Shown: positions 28,601 through 40,600 of the stretch, piece by piece
How positions within the stretch are numbered: the stretch's first letter is position 1
How the letters are laid out: each line of letters opens with the position of its first letter
Assembly: GCF_963921235.1 (NCBI RefSeq)
Contig: NC_086102.1
Span: forward strand, 161,386,001-161,450,000
Reading direction: 5' to 3'
Length of the DNA stretch: 64,000 nt
DNA from: Mobula hypostoma
Taxonomy: Eukaryota
Made by a program: the position numbers and the translations under genes
Notes under the pieces: generated by a model
Seen by the model: the letters and a program-made list of their open reading frames with translations, nothing else
Told to the model about the DNA's origin: nothing
Databases searched by the model: none

Positions 28601-31600
28601 TCCCTACCTATCACTGAGTGGGTCCTGCCCTTATTTGTCTTCCCATAATGTATCACCTTGCACTTAACAGGATTAAATTGTGGAATTTATCTGTGGGCAT
28701 TTGCAGTGGACATGTTGCTAGGTGGATCTTTAAACTGCTGTTTGAGTCGTTTATGCATCTTAGTGTGCCATTTCCAGTCAATATAGTAACTACTTTTTCT
28801 GAGAGTGGATTTTTATGAGAGTCATTGTGCAAACTTGAATTTCGTCACCTGTGATTCATAAATCATGATATCATGTTTACTCTTCAGAACCTCCCATATT
28901 CACAAAGGAACTCGAACCTGTTGAGGTAGTTAAAGCCAATGATGTTACTCTTGAATGTGAGGTGGCTGGAACTGCTCCCTTTGAAGTTATGTGGTATAAG
29001 GATGATAAACAAATACGACGAAGTAAAAAATACAAAATGGTTTCTGACAAATCTTTAGTCAGTCTTTGCATTCTAACATCTGATAGCTCAGATGTTGCTG
29101 AATACAAATGCATGGTAAAGAATGATGTGGGAAGTTGTTCCTGCAGTTCTACAGTCAATTTGAAAGGTCAGTTAAATATTAATTTTAGTAAGTAACCTTA
29201 CCTGGATCTTGTGTGTTATTTGATTCTTTATCATGAAATTATGTAGTAATAAACGTTTTAAAGCAGAATATTTTTCATTATTAAGTGTATATTCTTTTTA
29301 CTTCAAACCAGAACGACCAGTCTTCGTACAAACAATAGAAAATGCAACGGTATTTTCTGGAAATTCTGCCGTATTCCAATGTCTTGTAAGAGGCTCAGTT
29401 CCTATAATTACAAGCTGGAGAAAAGATGACAAACGTATCAAGGAGAATGAAAATATTAAGATTTCCTTTGAAAACAATACTGCCACATTACATATCATTA
29501 AGGCTGAAGAACACCACAGTGGAAGTTATATTTGTCAGGCAAAAAATGATGCTGGAACAGCAAAGTGTTTCGCCACATTGGCTGTAATGGGTTAGTAGGA
29601 AATTGTAAATAGAAATACAGTATTGCCCAGAAATTATTGATTTCAGATTCAGGCCATTTACTTTTCATAGTAAAATTGTTGTTATTTTCTTAAAGAATTT
29701 TATGAATATTAAAGTAATATATGTAATAAGACCATAGGATATAGGAGCACAATTAGGCCACTTAATCCATCGAGTGTGTTCCGCTATTTCATCATGGCCG
29801 ATCCATTATTCCTCTCAGCTCCAATCTCCTGCTTCTCCCCGTATCCCTTCATGCCCTGACTAATCAAGAATCTATCAACCTTCATAAAGACTTGGCTTCC
29901 ACAGCTGCCCGTGGCAACGAATTCCACAGATTCACCAGTCCCTGGCTAAAGAAGTTCCTTCTCATCTCAGTTCTAAAAGGATGCCCCTCTATTCTGAGCC
30001 TGTGTCCTCTGGTGCTTGATATTATGGTTGATTATGGGAACTTTTTCCTTCTTGAGAAGTCATTGTAGGGGTTGCTTAGTAATATTTAGAATGTAAGCCC
30101 TTCTGCTTGTCTCCAACAAGCTGTATGCAAATCCTTTGAAAAGAATTTCCAGTTAAATAGTTTGTTATTTTATCCATTTTCACTCACTGTCTATTTTGTG
30201 AGGCACTGCAAGCTGAACAGAGATTTCTAAACTTATTGCAAGGAATACATTCAGCAAACATGTAGTAGAAATATTTATTACAGTAATATATTTTAGATTT
30301 GAAACTGTCAATTAAGTAAAACAAAACAAGTGACATCTGTTAACTGCAAAATCTACTATCAATCCTGACATAAATATTGTATAATTTGTGATGTAAATAA
30401 TGTACCTTTCCACAGAACCTGCAAATATTATAGAAAAAACTGAGCCACTCACAGTGACTTCAGGAAATCCTGCTATTCTGGAATGTACAGTAGCTGGAAC
30501 ACCAGTATTAAATGTTGCATGGTTCAAAAATGGAAAGCAGCTAGAATCAAACAGAAGATGTAAATTAACTTTTGTGAATAAGGTGGCCAGTCTAAAAATT
30601 TTGTCTGTTGAAATGAACGACAGTGGAGACTATACTTTTGAAGTCCAGAATGAGTTTGGAGTCAACAAATGTAATATTTCTTTGACCGTGATAGGTCAGT
30701 ATATAAATAGTGTTGACGTTTTCCTTTTATATCTTTTAATTGAAAGCCATACTTATTATAAAGTTATGTACAATACATCATTGGTGTTTTATTATTTTTC
30801 CCCTTTATATTGAACAGAACAAATAATTCCTCCATTGGTTACAAGGAAGCTAAAGGACGTTGGCAGTATTTTAGGGTATTTTGTGCGAATGGAATGCAAA
30901 GTTTCTGGTTCTATTCCAATGAGGATTACTTGGTACAAAGAGGATCAAGAAATATCAGCTAGTGACAAATACAAGATGCTATTTCAAGAAAACACTGTCT
31001 CTTTAGAAGTCAATGAGTTAGATTTTTCAGATGGTGGAATTTACACTTGCAAAGTAGCAAATTCAGCAGGAAAGGATGAATGCAGCGCTGTGTTAAGTAT
31101 AAAAGGTTGGAATTGATGCTTTCTTTCATGTCTTTCTCAGTTTCACATATAAATGCATTCTTTACAGAATAGTTTCTATATGTAGATGGATATAGTAGTA
31201 TCTAAATAAATAAATCAACCATCTTTCTCTTTAAGAGCTCTAGACTTTTGAAGGATAAATTCAGTGGTGCAATGCTAACTGGAGCGTACCGGAGCACGTC
31301 CGGCACATCTTTAAGAAAAAAGCCAAAATAAACAAGCTAATTAATTAGGTGCCACCCAGGATGATTTGAGTATCTGGCTGTTCTGTGAGCGAAAACATCT
31401 TGTTAAATCCACTCGCTGGATGTTTTTTGTCTTTGGCACCATTCTTTGTAAACTCCAGAGTCTGTTGTGCGTAAAAATCCCAGGAGATCAGCAGTTTCTG
31501 AGATACTCAAATCACCCTGGGCGGCACCTAATTAATTAGCTTATTTCGGCCTTTTTCTTAAAGATATGCCAGATGCGCTCCGGTACGCTCCGGCTAGCAC

Positions 31601-34600
31601 TGTACTACTGGATAAATTAGCACATAAAAGTTAACTTTAATCTGGTCAGTTTTTATAGTTTGTTTATAATCTTGTTAATTGTTTTTTATTTGATTTTTAG
31701 AACCCCCACGTTTTACAGATAAAATAATGTCCCAGGATGTTGTACTCGGTTCTACAGTGCAATTTAGGGGTGTTGTGAAAGGAAGCATACCATTATCCAC
31801 AAAATGGTTCAAAGGAGACAGAGAATTGATGCATGGTACAATGTATAATATTTGGAATGAAGGCTCAATGTATTTTCTAGAATTGGTCTCAACTAAGATA
31901 TCTGATGCGGGTAGATACACTTGCCAAGTTAGCAACGATGTTGGTACAGATGCCTGTTCTGCCGAACTGTTTGTTAAAGGTGTGGATTTTTTTTTATCTA
32001 TAGTTTTGAGTTGTATGCATTGTTTTTCTTTTTGCTGCTTTGCTACGTTGAACTTTAAGCTATATCATTTTGTCTTCTTGACAGTTGACCAGATGTTGTC
32101 AAAGAAATGTATCTTGGCAAACATGAAGTGTGCATTGTGGTCTTGTGACATTCCAATCTGAGTTGATTGTCAGACTCAGTGCTCTCAGAAGCCCAACTGT
32201 ATACAAGTTGAGGCACATTTAATGATGGGGAGTCCTGTCTCATATAGTGGCAATTATAAGTATTCTCATAAGCTAGTATCTCGCACCACTACTGTGTAGA
32301 AAGCTATTTTACTGGTTGCAGTGATGAGGAACATGAAAAAGAATGTTGTTTTGCTGATTTAAGAGAGAGCTAACTTTTGAATGTGTTTGGTGAATCTGAT
32401 CTTTGTATTTTATGGCCAATTATTTATGCATATACATTTGCTTGAATTTGTTTTGATTGCCTTATAAACGTGTGTTGAGATCTGTAATATTTTGGATTCT
32501 AGAACCTCCAAGCTTCATTAAAAAGCTGCACTCCCCAACAATCCTAAAGGAAGGTGTCTCAGCACGTTTTGAATGCAGTATAAGGGGCACACCTAACATT
32601 AAAGTTACCTGGTACAAAAATGGTGATGAAATTATAGTCAGTGAAAAGTTTCTGATGTCTTTTGATGGCGCTGTGGCAGTTCTTGAGATTATTGATGTGA
32701 TTCCGGAAGACAGTGCATGCTACATCTGTGAGGCACAAAATGAAGCTGGCAGTGAGAGCTGCGGCACTGAAGTTGAAGTTAAAGGTCTGTAGTAATGTCT
32801 TTTATTCAATAAGACTATATATGTTTTACTTTCTTGAGCAGGGATTTTGATAGCTTCTGTATTTTTATTCATTTAGATATTTTTACTGTGATTACTTTTT
32901 TTAGAACCACCAAGCTTTAGACGGAAACTTCAATCCATTGAGATAGTTAAATCCAATGATATTTCCCTCGAATGTGAGGTGGCTGGTACAGGTCCCTTTG
33001 AAGTTATGTGGTATAAAGATAATAAACAAATTCGACGCAGTAAAAAATACAAAATGGTCTCTGACAGTTCTGTAGTTAGTATTTGCATTCTAAACTCCGA
33101 TACCTTGGATGTTGGCGAATACAAGTGCATCATTCAAAATGATGTGGGATGTTGTTCCTGCAGTTCTACAGTCAGTTTGAAAGGTCAGTTTTACTATGTT
33201 GTCAGAAGATATTTTCCTTTTGATGGTTAAGGTGATGTTAAAAACATCTTATTACGTGCTTGGACACTCAATGCTGATTTACTTGCAAAATTCTTTCAAT
33301 TTATCTGACCTCTTAAGTGTCATGAAGAAGCGAAATAATCCCATTAAGTCATGTTATTATTTATTTTAAACTAGAACCCCCAGGATTTATAAAGAAGATT
33401 GAAAATATTACAACAGTATCAGGCAATTCAGTTGTATTCCAAAGTCAAGTAAAAGGCTCAAAGCCTATCTATTTAACTTGGATGAAAGATAAAGATGTTA
33501 TTGAAGAAGATGGTAATATTGCTTTGTCTTTTGAGAATAATATTGCTACTCTTCAAATAAATGCTGTTGGAGAAAATCATGCTGGGAAGTATACATGCCA
33601 GGTCAAGAATGATGCGGGAACTGAGAAGTGTTTTGCCACATTGTTGGTAGCAGGTCAGTAGGATATTGATTACCTTAATATTTCCCTGCACTCCAATGAT
33701 TTTTCTAATCATAAGTCAATTCAAATACTTTGCAATGCATCAACTAAATTAAAATAATGACATATAAAAGAGATTTTTATTCCCATAGAACCAGCAAAAA
33801 TCACAGAACAAGCACAGTCAATCAGTGCGACAGCAGGAAATACAGCAAACCTGGAATGTACTGTAACTGGTACACCAGAACTAACAGTTAAATGTTTTAA
33901 GGATGGTACTGAAATGATGTCCAGTAGAAAACACAGAATCAGCTTTGAGCATAATGTGGTCAGCCTAAAAATTCCTTTTGTTTCTAATGATGACACTGGT
34001 GAATATACTTTTGAAGTCAAGAATCAATTTGGAACCAGCAGCTGTAAAGCTTCGTTGACAGTATTAGGTTGGTGTTTTATTTTCAATTGGAAGTCAGCTA
34101 ATCTACTTATCTAATGGGTTAAAATATGGTTATTAAATAAGGAAATCCTAATTGCATTGAACATAAACTTATATAAAGGCAATGTTAGAATTTTTAAATT
34201 GAAATCTAGTGATAATAGGATTTGGCTGATTAGCTATAATGGAAAATTTCAAATTAATGTTATTTTTCAACAGTCACCTTAGATATATATAAAACATGAC
34301 AAATCTTACTTTAAAAATGCACAATAAATTTTGATTCATTTAAATATTTTCTATATGAATTGATTGACTGTGCTTTTGTCACTTTACCTTGGACAGATCA
34401 ACTAATTCCCCCATTATTCAAAAGAAAATTACGCAGAATGGACAGTGTTTTAGGGTCTTCCATACAAATGGAATGCAAAGTTTCTGGTTCTCTTCCAATG
34501 AGCTTCTCATGGTATAAGGATGGCATATTAATAACGACTAGTGAGAAATACAAAATATCATCTCAAGATAACACAACAACTTTGGAAGTGAATCAAACAG

Positions 34601-37600
34601 ATGTTTCAGATCATGGAACTTACATTTGCCAGGCAGCCAATTCAGTGGGAAGTGATGAATGCAGTGGTTTCTTAAATGTAACAGGTTTGAAAGTTGAATT
34701 TGCTTTCAGTTCAATTTATATCTCTTCTGTATTTATACACGTAGTTAAATAATAATTTTGACTCTTACTTAAAGTACAATTAATACATGTAGAGCTTAAA
34801 ATTTGATTAGAATTTATTGTAAATTCTTCTTTTAGTTCCAACTTCTCATTTACACGATGATGCAGTGTAAACGATATACTGTCGGAACCAATAGTGTTTC
34901 TTTTCCGCCTGATTTTCAGAGCCTCCAAGTTTCATAGAAAAGCCTATAGACCAGGAAAGCTTACCTGGTTCATCAGTGCAGTTTAGAAGTGTTGTGAAAG
35001 GAACTGCTCCACTAACTATAAAATGGCTGAAGGATGGCAGGGAACTGATGTCTGGAGCTGATTATTTTATTTTAAATGAAAGCACAACAAGTTTACTTGA
35101 GCTGTTTTCAGCCAAAGTTTCTGATTCTGGTGACTACATTTGTGAAGTCGCCAACAAAGCTGGCAGTGCCTCTTGTGCGGCAAGACTCTTTATAAAAGGT
35201 GTGCAATTTGTCTGTACTTGTGTTGTGGAATGGCTTTAAATATCGTGTGCAGAATCTTTTTTGATTTGTTCTGTAATGTTCTCTTTGTTAATTATGTAAC
35301 TTCTGTTTTGTGTATTGTCTTTCTTCATACTTTTAAATATTCTGTGTGTCTCATTCTTCTTAATACTAAGTAGATCTGTTTTGGATTTTTATATTTCTCA
35401 TGAAGTTTGCAACTCTTTTTTCTACAGAGCCTCCATATTTTATTAAGAAATTAGATCCAACAGCAATATTTAAAAAAGGAGACACAGCAATTTTTGAGTG
35501 TAAAGTAACTGGCACACCAGAAATCAAAGTCTCTTGGTTCAAGAACTATCGTGAAATTAGTTTTGATGAAAAATACAAAATGACATTTGTTGATTCAGTG
35601 GCAATCTTAGAGATTGCTAATGTAATCTTGGATGACAGTGGCAATTATTCTTGTAAAGCCCAAAATGAAGCTGGCAGTGAATCTTGCGACATTATGGTCA
35701 CAGTTAAAGGTGTGTAAATATTCCCAATTTCATTTTTCATGATTGATCCAGAAGTCTTTCCAGCCTTGTTGCATCTTTTGTTTCTTGAAAGCCATTATTT
35801 AAAACTCTGAATACTAGGCTTTTCAAATTGGATGTTAAAATAAACTGCAGACTCAAATTGAATTATGAAACAATGCTAATCTTGATAGACTGACTTCAGA
35901 ACTGATTTCTGAAGACTGATTTTAACTTTCAGATCATTACTGTAGGAATGCCTCACTTAGAGTCCAAAATTTTCTTCATGGGACCAGAAGGAACTCTGCT
36001 CTTCCTCATATTGCTATTATGGAAAGATAATTAAATTCTCTCAAAAGCCTTGCTACTTTCCCAGCAATGTTTATTTGTCCATAGATGTGTCATGGAATCA
36101 GCACCATTAGTTTCCTCTTGTCTAGTGCAATTTAAAGTTCAATTCCTACACTTGTCTCAATTCTCCTTAACCAATTCAAATTGAAGATTGGATTCATGGG
36201 AATCTCGTGAAATATTTTAATAGGCCTGGCTAAGAATGATTTTGGATTTGTAAATGATTTATGAAGCACAAAGGCTGCAGGCATTTATTGATGTATTTTG
36301 TTGATCTGTGTAAAATAGTAGCTGTAACAAGATTTACCCACATGCTGATTGGTCTCCTATAATAAATTAACACTTTAAAATAAAAAAATTATTCAGAGTT
36401 TTCTTTTGATGATTATTGCTGGAAATCATTGAGTAGGCCTAATGTTTGTACCCAGTGATTTATAGACCATTTTATCATGTTTGCTCTTCAGAACCTCCAA
36501 CATTTATGAAGATACTTGAACCTGCTGAGGTAGTTAAATCTAGTGATGTTACTCTTGAATGTGAGGTGGCTGGTACAGCTCCCTTTGAAGTTTTGTGGTA
36601 TAAGGACAATAAGCAACTTCGTCGCAGTAAAAAGTACAAAATGATCTCTGACATTTCTTTAGTCAGTCTTTGCATTCTTACATCTGATAGCTCAGATGTT
36701 GGTGAATACGTGTGTGTGGTCAAAAATGATGTGGGAAGTTGTTCCTGCAGTTCTACCGTCAAACTGAAAGGTCAGTTATGTCCTTATCCTTGTTTCCTTG
36801 ATATTGTGTGCTACTTATTCTATTAGTATATTTTTATCAAATAATACCAAATTTTCCAAGCATGATAGAAATATAACAAGCTATATTCTCTTCAAACTAG
36901 AGCGACCAACCTTCTTACAAACAATAGAAAATGCAACCGTATTTTCCGGAAATCCAGCTGTGTTTCAGTGTGTTGTAAAAGGCTCAGGACCTATTACTAC
37001 AAGTTGGAAAAAAGATGACAAACATGTCCGCGAAGCTGAAAATATAAAAATTTCCTTTGAAAACAATATTGCTACATTACAGATCATTAATGCTGAGGAA
37101 AATCACAGTGGAAATTATATTTGTCAGGCAAAGAATGATGCGGGAACAGCAAAATGCTTTGCTACTTTGGTTGTAATGGGTTAGTAAGCAATTATAAGCA
37201 CAAATATTATCTGCATAATATAGTAATTATGTTGCGACTGAAATTATTTTAATTTTAAAATTAAATGAGAGCATAAAAGTGAGAAATGTGAAAAATGGAA
37301 ATATATTGAGTAGCCAGTTAAGTGTACGCAGAACACTGTTCCCTTTCTGAATCTTTGTAGTACCCAATGTACATAGAGCAGTACAGCACAGTACAGGCCC
37401 TTCGGCCCATGATATCTTCTTGTCCAATATAAACATACTCCCTGATCAATTTAACACTTCCCTCCTACTCAGCCCATATCTCTCTATTTTTCTTAAGTGT
37501 GTCTAAGATTCTTTTAAATACTCTTATTGTATCTCGCTCTACCACACCTCTAGCAGTGTATTCCATGCACTCACCACTCTCTGTGTAACATTACCTTGCT

Positions 37601-40600
37601 TCTCTTGAACTCAATCCCTTAACTAATGATGACCAACACACCATTGGCCTGCATGGCAGCTTGAGGCATCTATGTACTTTGACGCTAATATCCCTCTGTT
37701 TCTCCATATTACTAAGAATCATGCTATTAACTTTGTACTCCACCATCAATTTCAATCTGCCAAAGTATATCAGCTCACATTTTAATGGATTGAACTCCAT
37801 CTGTGACTTCTCTGCCCAACTCTGTATCCTGTCCATATCCTGTTGTAGCCTATGACAACGTTCTACACTACCTACAATTTATTACCCTATCCTTCCACTT
37901 TCTTATCTAAGTCTTTATAAAAATCACAAAGAGCTGGGACCCCAGAACAGTACCATTGTCAGCTCTTCAAAAGATTATCGCTAGGTATCAACAAGACATT
38001 TTATCCTCAAGTGTGTTTCTAAAGAGATTTATAAATGGTTGACCAGTTAAGGATAATTTGGTACCATCAGCACTGGGATTGCTAAAGCTGATTTCACATG
38101 AAACACCTTTGGCTGCATGCAGAAGGGACCTTTATTCCAATAGACCTGATTGCTTTGACCTGGGTATGAGGAATCATACACATCAGCGGTTCATCCCTTG
38201 TGAAATTATTCCCTTAAAATGGCAACTTTTGCTTCAATTTTGCTAAATTCTCTTGATGTAAATGATCTATTTTTTTCACAGAACCAGCAAATATTATAGA
38301 AAAATCTGAACCACTCACAGTGACTTCAGGAAACCCAGCCATTTTGGAATGTACTGTAGCTGGTACACCAGTATTAAATGTTGCATGGTTCAAAAGTGGA
38401 AAGCAACTGGAATCAAACAGAAGATATAAATTGAGTTTTGCAAATAAGATAGCCAGGTTAAAAATTTTGTCTGCTGAACCCGATGACAGTGGAAATTATG
38501 CCTTTAAAGTCCAGAATGAGTTTGGGGCTAACAGCTGTGATATTCATTTAACTGTATTAGGTCAGTGATTACATTTTGTTAATAGTGTTGTTTTCTTAAA
38601 ATATCAAAAATAGTGGAGCTCAAAATTTGAAATATTGACACTTGATCATTAATGTTATTGTCATTTGTCCCTTTATATGAACAGAGCAAATTATTCCTCC
38701 GTTGTTGACAAGGAAGTTAAAGGAAATGGGCAGTACTTTAGGATCTTTTGTGCGAATGGAATTCAAAGTTTCTGGTTCTATTCCAATGAGCATTACTTGG
38801 TATAAAGAGGACAAAGAAATATCAGCTAGCGACAAATATAAGATGTTATTCCAAGAGAACACAGTCTCCTTAGAAATCAATGAGCTAGACTTTTCAGATG
38901 CTGGAATTTACACTTGCAAAGCAGCAAATTCAGCAGGAAAGGATGAATGCAGTGCTGTCTTAAGTGTAAAAGGTTGGAAGTATTTCTTAATACGGTTTTT
39001 ATCATTGAATTTGTTTACAAAAGAGATTGCGTTTGCTATTAGCTGCAAAAGTGAAATTTCCAATTAAATGAATCAACTAATTCTACACTCTGTTAAGCAT
39101 TATTAGAATTTCAAAGGCTATGTTAGTTCGTATAATTGATAAAGTTAGCTTTAATCTGATCTTTTCGTCCAATTTATGTATGAACTTAAGTTAATTAAAT
39201 GTTTCTTTGTTGTATGATTTTTAGAACCCCCAAGCTTTACAGATAAAGTAATGTCCCAGGATGTTGTACTCGGTTCTACGGTGCAATTTAAGGGTGTTGT
39301 GAAAGGAAGTACACCATTATCTACAAAATGGTTCAAAGGGGACAGAGAATTGATGCATGGTGTGGCATATTCTATTTGGAATGATGGCTCGACATATTTT
39401 CTAGATTTGCTCTCAGCTAAGATATCTGATGCGGGTAGTTATACCTGCCAAGTTAGCAATGATGTTGGTACAGATGCCTGTTCTGCAGAACTATTTGTTA
39501 AAGGTGTGCAAATCTGTCTTTACTTTGCAATTTTGACTTAGAACAGTTTATATTGCTTTGCCGTCTTAAAAGTTTAGAAACATTAGAAAAGCGGCCCAAG
39601 TACTACACCTGCCTATTCACCTCTTTCCTCACCTCCATTCAGGACCCCAAACAGCCCTTCCAGTGAGGCAAGAGTGAACCTGCAAATCTGATGGTCTATT
39701 GTATCTGGTGCTCCTTATGCAGCCTCCTCTACATTGTTGAGACCCATCGTAAATTGGGGGACCGCTTCACTGAGTACCTCCATTCCATCCACTAAAAGCA
39801 TAACTTCATGGTGACCAAACATTTTAATTCCAATTCCCATTCTTGTTCTGACATGATGGTCCATGGTCTCCTCTTGTGCCAAGATGAGGTGATCCTCAGG
39901 GTGGAGGAACAATACCTTATATTTCATCTGGGTAGCCTCCAACATGATGGCATGAATATTGATTTCTCCTTCCAGTAATTTTCCCTCCCTTCCCCTCTTC
40001 TTCTATTCCCCACTCTGGCCTTTTACCTCTTCTTGCCTGCCTATCACTTATCCCACGTCCCCTTGTCCTTTCCTTACTCCTATGGTCCACTATCCTCTCC
40101 TGTCAGATTCCTTTCTCTCCAGTCCTTAACCTTTCCCACTCACTTGACTTCCAGTATCACCCTCCTTCACCATCCCTCACCTTTTTAATCTTGCATCTTC
40201 CCCCTTCCTTCTCAGTCCTGAAGAAGTGTCTCAGCCCAAAACATCAACTGTTCATTCATTTCATAGAAGCTACCTGATCTGCTGAGTTCCTCCAGCATCT
40301 TGTGTGTGTTTCTTTAGAAACATTATCTTTTTCTTGATAGTGATATACTCAAGTGGTAGAATTTTGTAGAGCTGTAGATGGAGAGGGTAAGATATCTTGA
40401 AGCACTCTGATTTTATCTTAAGATCAGATTAATAGAGAACATCTATATATGATGTTTAGTTTAAGAAAGACCTTGCAAATCAGGTAGTGACCATTGTTAT
40501 TTATGCATCATCCAGTCCTAGAGGAATAATTATGGCAATTTGAAGGATTTTTTGACTATCCCCCCCCCCCAATTAAATGATGAAGGCTGCATCCTAATAG

